Notes under the pieces: generated by a model | Databases searched by the model: none | Told to the model about the DNA's origin: nothing | Seen by the model: the letters and a program-made list of their open reading frames with translations, nothing else | Program-made: the position numbers and the translations under genes | Assembly (NCBI RefSeq): GCF_006345805.1 | Contig: NC_043009.1 | Coordinates: 13,454,001-13,518,000, forward strand | DNA length: 64,000 bases | Origin: Octopus sinensis | Lineage: Eukaryota | Direction: 5' to 3' | Shown here: in pieces, positions 1 through 16,559 of the stretch | Layout: every line of letters starts with the position of its first letter | Numbering within the stretch: position 1 is the stretch's first letter

Positions 1-71
1 CAATCTACGTGGGTGTCTTCTCAATACATTGTCTGGTTTTAAAAGACCACTTCATAAGGAGTAGACGACTA

Positions 72-72
<1 letters not shown>

Positions 73-130
<58 letters not shown>
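73..130. repeat. (CA)n(TA)n compound microsatellite
   Basis: Direct reading. It is one of dozens of (CA)n/(TA)n tracts; only the larger or informative ones are listed. Confidence 0.95.
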
Positions 131-2820
131 GTTAAAGAAGAAGAATGGAGAGTTGTTAAGGATATAAAATTAATTTATTAACATACTGAACAATAAAGCA
201 TACAACGTTCAAATTCAGTCCAATCGCAAAATCAAAGATTGGAATAAATCCAAAGATTAGAATAAAACAGAATTTTGAATAATATTGGGCAGAACCTCCT
301 CAGAGCTAAAGTAATATAGAAAGAGTTACATGTCGAAGGATTGGAGTTTATCAATGGACTAAGGAAATTAAGAAACATATTTATCGTGTGTATGTATATG
401 CTAATAAATTAAAAAGTAATATTTAAAAAAATAAAGTATAAGTGTAAAAGATAAAAATAACTCAATAATAATAAATATATAATATAAAGTAAAATAAAAA
501 TAAAACCGTTATCTATGTAAATTTCCATTGATTTACATAATCATTGGTTCACTGCCTGTGTATTTATTATTATAAAATCTTATCGAATGAGCTTGATTTG
601 TTTACGTGTGTAGTTTATTTTCAAGAAGATAGCCTTTAAAAATATGTATTATTTATATATCTGTATACATATTCCTGTTAACGTGTAGCGTATGTATATG
701 TATTTGTTTGTATATCTGTTATATGTATGTGCGTATGTATGTGTGTGCATGAATATAAAAGTATTATTAGATATATGACATATTTTAAAATTTGTTAAAA
801 AATCAAACAAAAATAATAACTAGTTTTAATATTTCCATAATATTAATGAAACTTAATCAAGATTATTCAAATTAAGAGTTATATTATTACTTGTAAATTC
901 ATGATGCAGAGCGGGAAAACTTGCGTATTACGTGGCTTCCTAATATAGATTAGGTGTAGTACGTCATTAAATTATGTTTTATTAAAAGAACATTAAGATT
1001 ATTTATAAAGAAATTTATCTAATTATATAGTAATTAAAATGATTCATTATTTTAATTATTTCAATTTCAATTCTACAAATATTGTTGATTATACTGTTCT
1101 ACCGAATAGTAAATTACATATTATATATTATACGATGTAATGTTATTATAAGCTAATTTTACATAAAGGGATATAATTGTATTAATCATCATTATATTTG
1201 GGTATTTAATATATACAGTCTCTCTGTATTCAGAGGATAGATACTTAGGGGTGTATATACAAATAATTTATTATTTTTATATGTATGTATACACCTAAAA
1301 TTGTGTAGCGTATACATGTGTTTGTTTACGTATATCTATTATATGGACTAAACGAAAGACCGCCCTCTGGGCGGTTTTCTGCTAAACTCTTGATAATATT
1401 TTCAAATTTGATTCCGAATTCTAATAATTTTTATATTTGACGTTTAATTGTTTCTTTGTATAATAGCGCTAATTTGCTTAGTAAATATTGCTTGCATTAT
1501 TTTATCACAGTAAAAATCTCTCTTTTTTATACAAATATTTCTGTAGTCCAACAACAGAGGGAGAAGCAGTTTGTCAAGTTTTACCTTCCCCTCAAAGCAA
1601 TATAGAGATTTCAATTCAGCATCCCTTCTGTAAGCTTTGCAGTGTATGTGTGTGTGTGTGTATGTGTGTGTGAAAGAGAGAGAGAGAGAGAGAGAGAGAA
1701 AGAATATTGCAATGATGAGGGTGAGGTGTAAAAAGAAACTTGTCCTGTACTTTTCCAGTTTCTAATCTTAAGAATATTACTTTTCATGCTCACATTTTTC
1801 CATGTAATAACATATGGCTAATTATTCCTATAGGAAAACAGATAAAAAGTATCTTAAATCCATATGGATTTGAGTTTGACGTATGCGGTATCAAAAGACT
1901 CAGTAATCTTTCGGCTATCAAATGAATATGGTTTTTGCATAACTCTTTGTTACTACAAAGATAACCTCAGAAACGAGGTTGGGTCGCAAAATATTGAGAT
2001 CTTTAGGTAAGGGACGTAACTCTGCCTGAACAATCTTTATCTCTTAAAAAGAACATAATGAAAAATGTTTAAAATACATGTAGTTTTACCAGAGAATAAA
2101 ACTTCGGAAATATACCATCAACTTTATTAGTATTATTTAGTAGGTAATCTTTTAGTGTGAAGTATGTTTGTCTGTATTTTGTTTAGCCTAGATTTGCCTC
2201 TTATGTAGCAGACCCATCGCATAATTTTTCCTTCCTGAAATACTGAAGATCTGTCTTTCTTTTGATGAAAGGGTGTGTTTTGAAGAGAGATTTGGGAGTT
2301 TTCTACTATCTCAAGTTACCACAGACAAACATGTGTGCGTGTGTGCGTGTGTGCGTCTTTTTGTGGTGGAAAAATACTTTTGTTCAGGATATTTTGCACA
2401 ATAATTCTTAAAGAAATCTGGACATCTTTGTCACTACTAATCATTCAAGTTCCAATTACAATTGTTAATTGATGGAAGTCAAGTGGACTGAGATGTGTAT
2501 AAATTGATATCGTATAGAGTGTAGTTCAATACGAAATTTCGAACTCATTATCTTGTGATCAGTAATCCATTACCTTAAATTTGAAGCCATTAAGCATTTC
2601 AACATTATTTTACAGAGTTTAGTCTTCTGACTGGCGCCATTATGGCGTATCACCTTCAAAAATTTAATTGATCATACTGACCTCAGTACATATTTCAATC
2701 TGGTATTCATTTCATAGATCTCTGCTTGATGAACTGATAGTGGGACACAATACCCAATTCAAGAACAAATGTGAACACACAGACACACACACACAAACAC
2801 ATATATATACACACATATTT

Positions 2821-2985
2821 ATTTCTTTATTGCGCAAAGCGAGCTAAACATAGAGGGGACAAACAAGGTCATACAAAAGGGTTTAAGTCGATTACATCGA
2901 CCCCAGTCCATATCTGGCACTTATTCAATCGAGTCCAAAAGAATGTAAGGTAAAGTCGACCTCGGCGGAGTTTGAACACAGAAGC
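2821..2985 (-). mobile_element. tRNA-derived SINE, family 1 (tail A), 5'-truncated
   Basis: Minus strand reads B-box GTTCAAACTCC, core GAGGTCGAC..CTGGGGTCGATGTAATCGACTTAA and tail TTGTTTGTCCCCTCTATGTTTAGC. It is homologous to the full copy at 59486-59718. Confidence 0.85.
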
Positions 2986-3084
2986 CAAACACAGACTTGT
3001 AACTAAATTTGGTAGACGGAAACTGCAGTGTTGTTCATCAGAAAATGATCGAAAAACATGTTTATAAGGAGTCGTTTGCTTCAT

Positions 3085-3183
3085 ACTCTGGTGGTGCCGA
3101 TTATACCCGTAAGAAAGGCGCAAATAATATAACGTGGCAGAATATCATAACACCCGGGCAACGCCGGTGTGCATTGCTTGTAT
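3085..3183 (+). mobile_element. Possible non-autonomous Helitron-like 3' terminus
   Basis: GC hairpin CCCGGGCAACGCCGG (3153-3167) followed about 10 nt later by CTTG|T, a degenerate CTAG|T. Inference from Helitron end architecture. Confidence 0.35.
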
Positions 3184-3334
3184 TATATTTGGTTTCAGTC
3201 GTGTTAAGAAAGATCAACAAAAAAGTATTCAATCCAGTAAGAGATAAACAACATTGAATGTACACAGAATAAAGTAACGAGTTCCTAATAGTGTCTTATG
3301 CACCACCATATACAAACACACACCCACCCACACC

Positions 3335-3398
<64 letters not shown>

Positions 3399-4649
3399 AT
3401 AACTCTAGACGTGTGCAGTAGGATTTATATTTGTTTACATCATATTTGCTCGTGAGCTAGTTCTGTGCGTGTAGTAATATGATAATTATGAATTATTTCT
3501 AAGATACCAACTTATTTCATATTAAATCTCAGGTAATATCAGTTGTAATTTTGCCAAAAAAATTCTTATAATTATCTATGATTTCCGTCGTGAACTGCAT
3601 ATCCATATTGTACTTATTCATTGAGAGAGGAATTTATTTACAGAGAAAACAGCAGGAATAAAGTGAACTGTTTATTATGAGTCATTATCCATTCCATTCT
3701 ACACTGACAACCTTTCCGCTCGATTAACGCACACAGCGATATACCGAAGCGCTATTGTTCGTCCTAAACTGAATTCATTACCAAAAATCGGATAAATTAT
3801 ATAAACTTTAGGAAGTATTTTGCGTAGAAATATAATCTTAATCTCGTTTAAAATGTGAATATCGATTTCTTTTGACTTTCTGAGAGAAAAGCTGAGGTAT
3901 TTGCATCATTGGATTGTAACAGAAGGGATTACCATTTTGAAGAATACAGAAATATGTTGTTTTCTTTTGTGTGTGTATGTATGTATACACCCCACCCATA
4001 TATATATATATATATATATGTACATTTCTAACTTCATTTCTCCATACGTAATACATGCGCATTGAAATGTACACACATACACACATTCCTGAACGAAAAA
4101 CGGATAATTTGTAAAAGATTTGATTATAAAAATGCAAACTATTGGTGAAGAGTCATGGCTCCTGAGAATAAATTAATTTCTATCATTATGTGATTATATT
4201 AAAAGGAAAAGTGAGCCACTGAAATGATACTGTAAAGTCTTGCAGAATGTTGTTACCTCCGTTCCTGTTTAATTTCGAACAGCACAGAAGCTTCATCTTG
4301 TTTTGTTTTTCAAGAATCAAAGATTTAAATTCCACACAAGTACAAGGATTGACCCTCACAAAATGAATCATTATTAGTGACATATGAGCACTGTGATTTG
4401 TCACAATGATTTGAGAGCGAGATTAAATAATTCACATACACCCAGGGTCCACTTTCCAATTCCTTCTTTCGACATCAATAAAGTACCATTCAATATAATC
4501 GACTGTTTTCCAGTTTTCCTGCGGTGCACTTCGTATATAAGAATCTATTTGGTCGAATAAAATATTTGATACTTCATTTTTATTCTAAACCTTGTTTCCC
4601 TCCTTTTTTTATTTACGAATACTTAAGCTTAAGCTATATAAAACTGCTT

Positions 4650-6150
4650 ATGCAAATGAGAAAACATTTATAGAGCCATAAAATATCCCAAAGAACGCTA
4701 TACCTACTGGTCTCTTTAGTTATAGCTCATCTAGAAGACGAAGTGCAACACTTATGATGTGTGTAATTGGTTACTGCAGAAGAAGCAGTTCAAGTTATTT
4801 AGGTTTATCTCTCCCCAATCTTCTACAATTTTCTCTTATCATTTTCCTGTATCATAGTCTAATACTCGTTTCCAGCTTCCATTCACTCACCACTTCTATA
4901 AGTGTTTGACATGGTTCTGCAGGATGGAGGGACTTCTACATCGACTGCTCACGCAATCAAGTAAAGATGAACTCCTTCACCACTTCCGGAATTTTCGCAG
5001 AAGTGTAAAAGCTAATCTTTCTTCTCTCCGCATTCCCATACCTTGTGCTTCTGTGTTTAAGATAAAGCATAGACATATCAAAGTCCTATGGTCATCAAAG
5101 ATCTCTGCTTTATCGTGCACTATAAATCATTCGTCATTACATTCTACTACGAACATGACAATCAGTCAGAAGATGATGTGTTCATAAACACCCTTGTTTT
5201 CACGCCATTTTATTTCCACTAACTCAACTACTGTTGAGCATAGCAGAGATAGGTTTTTCGACTCTCTATAACAATTTTCTGGAGACCAACATACTTATAC
5301 ATTTTTCTAACTGGACTTCATATCTCGAAATTCCTTATGTCACACATCATTTGCAAAGTTGTTTGATATCGATGTTGCAGTTGCTAACAATTCATCTGTA
5401 ACAAGTTCGTTTCATTTAATTTTCTTCAACATGTAATCATCGAATATAATTTTAAAAAGGGAAGAGTTTAAAGCAGTGACAAAACTGTAACAAGTGGTTT
5501 ATTCTTCGAGAGCTAAAGGTTAAATTTAAAACAAAAGGAAAACAAAATAGACAAAAATGGTAACAAAATCCACGATATGGAAATTGTCACCGCCAGGTGG
5601 TATGCCGAAGACTATATCCAAGGATACTATAGTGTTCGTGACAATTGTTTGTGCTGTAACATTTCTGAAGGAATCCAAACCATCATTCCAGACTGTCATT
5701 GACAGCTTTCAAAACAAAAATTACTTCAACAAATATATTTGACACCTAATAACAAAGCAAACATGCTCAACGTATGTCATACTACCTCATATTGTTCTCT
5801 TCATCCACTCTAGATAACGTATGTGTTTCATCAATTTCTATGACAAAAATTACAAAGTTATACTAAATACCGGCACAGCAATACTGAGGTATAAGTCCCA
5901 CTGAAAAGCAGAATAAAATATTTGTGGCAAGCAAGGTAAGTCATTAACAGCAGATAAGGAACATACTTATACCATTTATAATGTTTATCGCCATAATGAT
6001 GTGAAATCAGAAAAGTTCCATAAGTAGTAATACTAGGAGGGATATACTTTGAGGACACTTTCATGCGGGATTTCTTCATTTAAAACCTTTGTTAATTTTG
6101 AACGCATTTATGCAGAATTTCCAACACATTCATCAATTTTGTTTCAATGA
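4650..6150 (-). mobile_element. Heavily decayed hAT-superfamily transposase relic (GTF2IRD2/ZBED-like)
   Basis: Minus-strand frameshifted peptides LQHRYQTTLQ, VCW(L)SRKLL*RV and LNTEAQGMG resemble the hAT motifs LNHRQF, VRWLSRGKVL.RF and LNLKLQG. Boundaries are approximate. Confidence 0.4.
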
Positions 6151-6378
6151 AAGAAACTACTGATGCTTGATGCTTCATTTAAACCAAGAACGTAGCAATA
6201 GCAATACCTAGTAAGAAATTACGAATATTTATTTCTAACAATCAATCACATTTTCCTCCACTCCAATCTTAGTCAAATGAATCAATGTGTTTCTAGCAGC
6301 CAACATTTCAAAAGAAACAACTACACCCACCATACACACATATACATATATACATGTATTTACTTACATACACACACA

Positions 6379-6419
<41 letters not shown>

Positions 6420-6806
6420 GGATTTTGACAATATTGTGAATTATCAAAAGAAAACTGATGGCATCAAACGTGCTATATAGAAGACCACAGAAAATGTCAA
6501 AGTGGCAAAAGTGTAAGGAACGTCGATTCACATAAACAAGATGAGGAAGATAATTCCGAAGGATATTCTTAACAAGAAGGGAAACAGCAAAGTCAGTGTC
6601 TCTTGAATGATGTATCGTTTCCATTAAATGATAAGATATGGAGGAAATATTCAAACAGAAACAATTAGGAATATAGATATCCATAACGTAGATAATTCAA
6701 TGGCGAACATTTGCCAGAAGGTCCCTTACTGTTATTTGAAGAAGAGATGTATCTGCATCACGAAAAGTATTCGGACATTTTAATTCACCAAAAATAAGAC
6801 TTATGG

Positions 6807-6807
<1 letters not shown>

Positions 6808-6856
<49 letters not shown>

Positions 6857-6897
6857 ACTACTACTACTACTACTATTACCATTACTACTACTACTAC
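6808..6897. repeat. (TAC)n microsatellite
   Basis: Direct reading. Confidence 0.95.
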
Positions 6898-7035
6898 TGA
6901 CACAGAAACAGATTTTATATTTGTTGCTGATATTAATTATAAAGGCCAAAGTACAAGAGGCCTGACCAAAATTTCTGCGATGTACACACACACACACACA
7001 CACATACACATATACACACACACAAACACACTCAC

Positions 7036-7036
<1 letters not shown>

Positions 7037-7099
<63 letters not shown>
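7037..7099. repeat. (TAA)n microsatellite, 5' flank of LINE
   Basis: Direct reading; abuts the LINE start. Confidence 0.95.
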
Positions 7100-9618
<2,519 letters not shown>

Positions 9619-9619
9619 T

Positions 9620-11700
9620 CGATACGAGAAATCAGCTACTGGTTCAAATCTTCCTGACTCACAGGAGATGGAAGTACCCCACAACCGGAATATTCCAACA
9701 TATGGCTATCCATGCTCGTCATCAAACAACCAAAAGAAAAAGAATGAAAAATGGTCTAGGGAAGATAATAAAGAAGTTCTTACGGCATTCTACCATGCCA
9801 TATATTTCCTTACAAATAAATCTAATGCTGTACAAACCTACTTAAACTGGAGACAGAAGTAACTTGAAGTAAGACCCTACGTAGACAGTAACAAAACGTA
9901 GACAGTAACAAACTTGCACATGTAGAAGAAACATTATGAAAAAAATTACTAATTGAAGTAGAGATTGACCAAACAAAGCAAGCAGTAAAAAGAACGAAGC
10001 TGCAACTAAAGAACATACAACAGAGGAAATAATTATGGACAAGCCCAGGTTGATGAAAATGCAGTAATGATTTAAAGAGTTAAAATAACTAATAAGCAAA
10101 GTGAAATACTCTCTGAACTAACCATAAACACTAAGGCAGATGGAAATCAAATAGATGAAAAAAGTCACACAGAAATTGACCCAACAGAACTACATGATCT
10201 AAAATATCAAATCATGATTGAATGGCTGAAAATTAAAGAAACCAGTATGAATGAACGCGATACTCTCCCAAATATTCGCAATATAACCTGGATAGACTAT
10301 AAAAATGCTTTTGGTAATCTACCACATAGCTGGATCAAGAAATGTTTGGAAACTTATAAAATAGCACCTACTCTGCGAAACTTCTTATCTGTAAGTTTGA
10401 GATCATGGAGAATCACACTGACTTTGAACAGTGCTAATGAATCTTTCAATACTGAACAAGTGAGAATTTCATGTAGCATTGTCCAGGGTGACTCTCTAAC
10501 ACCACTCCTCTTTTGTCTAGCCTTAATAGTTTTCTCGAAATTGCTCGATGATGTACAATATGGCTATAAAATGTTTGATAAAAAATATAAATCATCACAT
10601 TACTAGCAATTGTTAAACAGTTCAGTGATAACATCAGGATGGGATTTCGTCTCGATAAATGTGCGAAAACTACCTTTATCAGAGGAAAAAAGATAGAAAT
10701 GTCCAACGTTAATCTTGACCAACAGAATGTCATAAAACTGTTAGAACCAGCGAAGAGGTGCAAATACCTAGGGGTATTTGAAGGGGACGGAATCGCACAT
10801 TCAATGATGAAGGAAAAGATCAGAAGAGAATGTTATCGCAGGGTAAGAGTAATACTCAAGATAGAGCTGTATACAAGAAACAGGATCGAAGCGATTAATA
10901 CTTTAGCCATACTTGTCGTGACTTACAATTTCAATAGTATTAACTGGTTAGTAAATTGAAATCTGTGATCTTGACAGAAAAATACGAAAAGTGTTGACAA
11001 TGCATAGAATGCACCACCCTAAGGCCGATATAGAACGAATTTTCGTGCCAAGAAAAATGGGTGGTCGCGGACTTTTACTGCTGGAATTAAGAATAAACGT
11101 TGCCCCAATTGGCCTAAACATTTACCTGACGAACTTTGATGAGTGGATGTTAAAATTTGTCTCATCTAAGTTTAATTTCAAATACAAGTTCCAGAATTAC
11201 ACGTACTGGAACGAAACAGAAAAATCTAAGCGTATGAAAACCTGTGCTAAAACTGTTGTCTTAGATATTCTTACTGATAAATGGCAAGAAAAACTTCTCG
11301 ATAGCAAATACCCACAGTGAGCTAATAATGCTGATGTTGACAAAGCCCTTGCCCATTAATGGCTAGTGTCTTCTAGTTTAAAATCAGAGACAGAAAGGTT
11401 ATTCAGCCCCAGATCAATACCTTTCTACAAGAAGCTACCAAGCCATCATTTTAATGAACGGCAGCAACCCGAAATGTCGTGTATGTAAACAACAAAATGA
11501 AGCCATTATGTCTCCATGTGCAGTCATCGTGCACCTATAGAGTATCTCACCTGGCTTGATAGAGCTGCACAGTATATTCACTGTTTAATTTACAAAGACT
11601 TGAACTGGCACATGGTAAAGATTGTTGGGAACACGAACCACCTCCAGTGTTTGAAAATGACCCCATCTCACTCCTTTGGAACTTCGCCGTTCAAACTGAC
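9620..11700 (+). mobile_element. Older, internally deleted R4/Dong-like LINE relic
   Basis: N-terminal KWSREDNKEV motif, then WIDYKNAFGNLPHSW, IVQGDSLTPLLFCLAL, GFRLDKCAK, YKYLG-like CKYLGVFEG and RMHHPKADIER. It ends near the LWNF.VQTD segment before a (TAGA)n array. Confidence 0.82.
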
Positions 11701-11729
11701 TAAATGCCGCTATGTATACATAGATACAC

Positions 11730-11742
11730 AGACAGATAGATT

Positions 11743-11802
<60 letters not shown>

Positions 11803-11892
11803 CATGCATACATACATACATACATACATACATACATACATACATACATACATACATACATACATACATACATACATACATACATACATACA
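11730..11892. repeat. (TAGA)n(TACA)n compound tetranucleotide microsatellite
   Basis: Direct reading. Confidence 0.95.
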
Positions 11893-13027
11893 TAGAAACC
11901 ACCTATAACAACAAATCTACCTTAAGGCAGCATGAAACCAAGAGAAAGATAGAGAGTGGGGCAGAGGAAAGGATCGTGCAAAACGGAAGTAGAGGGATAG
12001 ATGAAGGGAAAAAAGTAGTAGAAAATGTTATGGAAGAATAAATATGAAGAAAGGGAGAGTGTGGAGAGAGAAAGGAATAAAGAGTCACATTAAAGTGGCA
12101 AAGGTGGATAGAAGAACAAATGGAAAGTAAATAAAGAGATACAAGGGGCAGATTCCTACAAAGAAATGGAGATAGGCAAAGAAGAGATTGTTGGGAGAGA
12201 GACAGAAAATAAAACAGTGGCACAGTGTTTTCAGTTTGCAAAATTTCACTCGCAGCTTATTTGTCTGACCAAAGATATTGAACATCTACACAAGGTGTCG
12301 CAACGTACGACACATGTCCCAACCACATGATTCGCGTATCACTTTCTAGGCACAGACGAATCATTGAATATACTTAATATGTATATACATGCATCTACAT
12401 ATACATAAATATATAAAGGTAAACATAATCGGGCGTTTGAGCCTGAGGAGCTAGGTTCTTTATATGTAACATTCAACTAAGGAAGTAGTTGAATGATATT
12501 CTTAAGGACGCCATTTAGTCACACGCAGCATCTTCCAGAGCTACATTTTGGCATAAAAACAAATTGAGATTTGATCCAGTAGAAAAAAAAAATTACATCA
12601 AAATGTGTAGCAACATTATAGAAAAGTATTGCTATCAATCAAGTTTAGATATAAATGACATTTTTTATTTTAAAACAAAATATATTCATCTTAGCTTCTA
12701 TGAAAGAAGAAAGCATAGTTTTGGTATGACGCAACAAGAATTTGTATCAAAAAATTGGATTTAAGTATACATAACTTTTTTATATTTTAAAAACAAACTA
12801 TATTTTAAGCTTAAATGATAGAGCTCAATTCTAGCAATTTCATGGTATCAATCTCGAGTGATAATATCGTTCTTTACTTTTTATGAATATAGTTATATAA
12901 GGAGACTTTTAATATATGTCACCAGCGTCATTGAGGTAAGGAAAAAGTTATCAACGACACTGCTAATTGTCACATTTGACACATTATTAATTAGCACAAT
13001 AGTATAGCCTGGAAGAAACACGGGTTG

Positions 13028-13855
13028 CATAGAAAATGCGAGCAAGAGAAATAATATTCTTAAAATTGCAAATCTGGAAAATTACAGGACAAGTTTACTC
13101 ATGGAAAAGTTCACGACAACGTATTACATCTGAACAAAAAAAATTTGACTTAAAATTTTGCAGCTAATATTAAAAGTTATTTGATTTTAATTTAGAAAGT
13201 AGCATTATAATTACAAAAGGTACCATCATTTTGCTAAAATACTGACACACTAGAATACTTAAAAAATGAAAGCTAGAAGTACCAATGTAGCTAAAGTTCT
13301 ATGCAAAGTAGCAGAGTATATATGGTAGGCAAATTCAATATGTAAAAAATAGGCATTGGGTCAAGAATACAAATGTGAAGACCTAGCAATAACTTAAGCA
13401 ATAACTGAAGCAAATTTTACTGTAGAATTGTTGTTATAGGTAGATTTTACTGTAATATAAGACTAATTTTTGTATTATTCTATTTATTGTACTAACTAAC
13501 TATGTACTACTATTATTTCTTATAACGTATTTCCAAATTTCTAATTAATAAGTAATAATTTAAAAAATGATTTGTTTTTAAAGTGCAAAAAATATTTTGA
13601 GTTACGTTTTTATTTTTAATAGAAGTAACAAGTAATAACAAATAGAAGTAATAACTTGTAATAAAATCTTTAGTTTTAATAAAAGCTAATATTTTCTAAG
13701 TCTAAATATTTTATTTGAAATCGCATCCTCAGTTGCAATATTTTCACCAAACATTTTTCTTGTTCTGTACTTTACCAGACGTAACAACTTGTTCTGAACT
13801 TTTCCAGGTTTTATAACATTAGGAATATTATTTTCCTTGCTCGCATTTTTCCATG
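13028..13855. mobile_element. Foldback/MITE-like element with long imperfect TIRs
   Basis: Left end CATAGAAAATGCGAGCAAGAGAAATAATATTCTTAA matches the reverse complement of the right end, CATGGAAAAATGCGAGCAAGGAAAATAATATTCCTAA. Similarity continues about 120 bp inward; the interior is AT-rich and non-coding. Confidence 0.5.
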
Positions 13856-14039
13856 TTATATATATATATATATTTATATATTGTTATATTTCGAAATGGT
13901 CATATTGCCAGTTTAGCCAATAAAAACACACGCACTATATATTTGGTGTTATTTTGCTTCAGTGTTATTTATTTTTTACATTAATCTTATTTTACATTAA
14001 TCTTATTAATTACATTAATCTTATTTTACATTAATCTTA

Positions 14040-14086
14040 TTTCGGCCAGAGTTCTTTCGTCACACTCCTGTGACCGCATCAGTGGT
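14040..14086 (-). ncRNA. Degenerate hammerhead-like core
   Basis: Minus strand CTGATGC-GGTCA...TGGCC-GAAA (A9 replaced by C). The downstream stem III/I region is replaced by a ~16-bp tandem repeat (13978-14042). Confidence 0.3.
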
Positions 14087-14166
14087 CCTTTGTTTTCTTC
14101 TTTCTTATTTGTGTCTCTCCTTACTAACCGCCAGCCATAAAAATCTTGCACAACAAATATTTAAAC

Positions 14167-14206
<40 letters not shown>

Positions 14207-14269
14207 CATGGAAAAATTAAAGTTATACTTTAAAATCTCTCTGTTCTCATGCACCGATCAAACAAGCTC

Positions 14270-14450
14270 ATTAGCACAACATGCAAATTGCTAAGCAGCA
14301 TTTTGTTCTTTACACTCCGAGCTGAAATTCCGTCGAGGTCGACTTTGTCTTTCATCGTTTCGGGGTCGATAGAATAAGTATCAGTCTGTCTCTGGGGGTG
14401 ATGTAATCGTCTTACAACTTCTGCCGAACTTGCTGGCCCTATGCCAAAAT
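14270..14450 (+). mobile_element. tRNA-derived SINE, family 1, diverged
   Basis: GAAATTCCGTCGAGGTCGACTTTGTCTTTCATCGTTTCGGGGTCGATAGAATAAGTATCAG core. Confidence 0.8.
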
Positions 14451-14987
14451 ACATACATACATATAGATATGCAGGTAAAGTAAGTACACACGCGCTCGCA
14501 CACACAATCACACACAAGCGGATGAACATACAAGAGGCAGAGTGAGACAAATAATCATTTGTGTATACTAATAGATTTCGAGTTAGAACTACTCAAAGAA
14601 CCATCCATGTCTCTTTTTATATATATTTTCATAGTTATATATGTATCCATTTATATATCTATATATCTGTATGTCAATCCATCCGTGTATCTATCTTCTT
14701 ATCTATCTACATATACATACATACATATATCTATATAGTGTAAGCAAGAGAGACAGAGAAAGGCAGAAACAAGGAAAACGCCACTTATATTTGAACACTA
14801 TACAAATATTCCTTTAAAAAAACTTTTCTTTTAATTTTTCTAAATTTAATTATTTAGTCGTTACAGTTGAAAAGGTCTGAAAATGACTGGAACCGGTACT
14901 GAAATGTTCTTTATAAAATTATTTCAGCATTTTCTATCTTGACTTGTTTTTTCATATATATCAACTCGTGTGTTTCTTTTCATCCTT

Positions 14988-15054
<67 letters not shown>

Positions 15055-15776
15055 GGTGTATGTATAAATGTGTGTGTATGCATGTGTGTTTGTGTGTGAA
15101 TTTGTGTGCGCGTGTGTCTGTATGTGTGTACAAATACATCCGTACATCCATGCATACACAGGTTTATGCATAGCCGGATACTCAGACACCCACGTCAAAG
15201 TTTGGTTATTTTTAACCCAACTGAATACATAGAAGGAAAAAAAAAGCCAGTTGTTGCTTTGAGATGGTTGGTATAAAATAAAATGATTTAATGTGGTTTT
15301 AATAAATTTATGTTTATGACATGCACATATGATCATGATGAGGAGAATGTTGAGGAGGAAATGAATAGGTTGGTAGCAGCGATGTCGTTGTTATTGATGA
15401 CTTTAATAATGAGAATGATGATTATAATGAAGATGATGCCTCACTACAACGGCGGTCATACAAGTTATACAATCTAAAATCCGAAACATCACAAATCAAT
15501 AACACAATCCACATCCTACACACAACTTATTTCGCCCACACAATGTAAACTTTCATGTGGAGAAATACCACGTACCATGCTCAGCGTCTTTCTAATCTTC
15601 TTGATGTGTGTAAGCGCGCGTCTCTTTTACACAATATATTTCTCTACGCCTCTGTCTATATGGATGCATATAAGCTCTTGTGTCTGTGTGTGCGCCTCTG
15701 CGCATAAAGATGTGTGTTTATGCAGCATCTTAGTTTTTAAAACACTGCTAACATATGTATATGTTTCTGTTTATGC

Positions 15777-15810
<34 letters not shown>

Positions 15811-16090
15811 ATCTCTCTCTGTCTCTCTGTCTCTTTCACATACACAGAAACACACAGACGTGCATACACACACATACGTGTTTAGATGTGCGTGCATATA
15901 TACAAATATATAGGTATGTACATGGATACATACATACACATTAATATGTATTCACATGTGTCTAAATGTGTGTGGGGTGTATATGCATATGTATATATGA
16001 GCAGATGTGTAGTACTGTATCTATGGAAATGATAATATGAATGTATGTATATGAGTATTACGAAATTGGGAGGAGTGAATCAAAAGATTT

Positions 16091-16124
<34 letters not shown>

Positions 16125-16559
16125 ATATATATATATATACATATATATATATATGTGAAGACTGTATAAGTAACATACATTGTTGTCTTTACACTTGGTG
16201 TTATTGCTCTTTAGCCCTAGGTTAAAATTAATTTACTGGCATATAATCAAAATCCGTCCACAACATCCCAATGCTATTCTCTACGATTAGCGAGAAAGAG
16301 TTTTGCTGTTATTTTTAGTATATGTATTGGTTGTTACTGGCACAATCTGAAAGTCAACATAATATGAAGGCGTGACGCACGTATAATAATGTTCACATCG
16401 TTTATATTTAGATACATGTAGGAGTAATTGGCAGAATATTCTACATGTTCAAATACGTTTTATTACTTATCTACATATTTTGATGTATATATGTATGCAC
16501 TTTCCCTTTCTCTTTTCAATTTAGAGTGAATTTTGACCGGCCATTTACGTGAGAGCAAG

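Noticed and set aside
1359-1380. GC hairpin ACCGCCC-TCT-GGGCGGT plus T-run resembling a bacterial intrinsic terminator
   Set aside because: The context is eukaryotic with no upstream gene. It is more likely a repeat-terminal (perhaps Helitron-type) hairpin, but the evidence is too thin to call.
4906-5187. 93-aa plus-strand ORF of normal-looking composition
   Set aside because: It lies antisense to the hAT relic and has no recognisable domain or splice context.
14924-15336. Poly-YI/HT/CV ORFs here and at many other loci (e.g. 23207, 25812, 27106, 38048, 57468, 61353)
   Set aside because: They are translations of (TA)n, (CA)n and (TG)n microsatellites.
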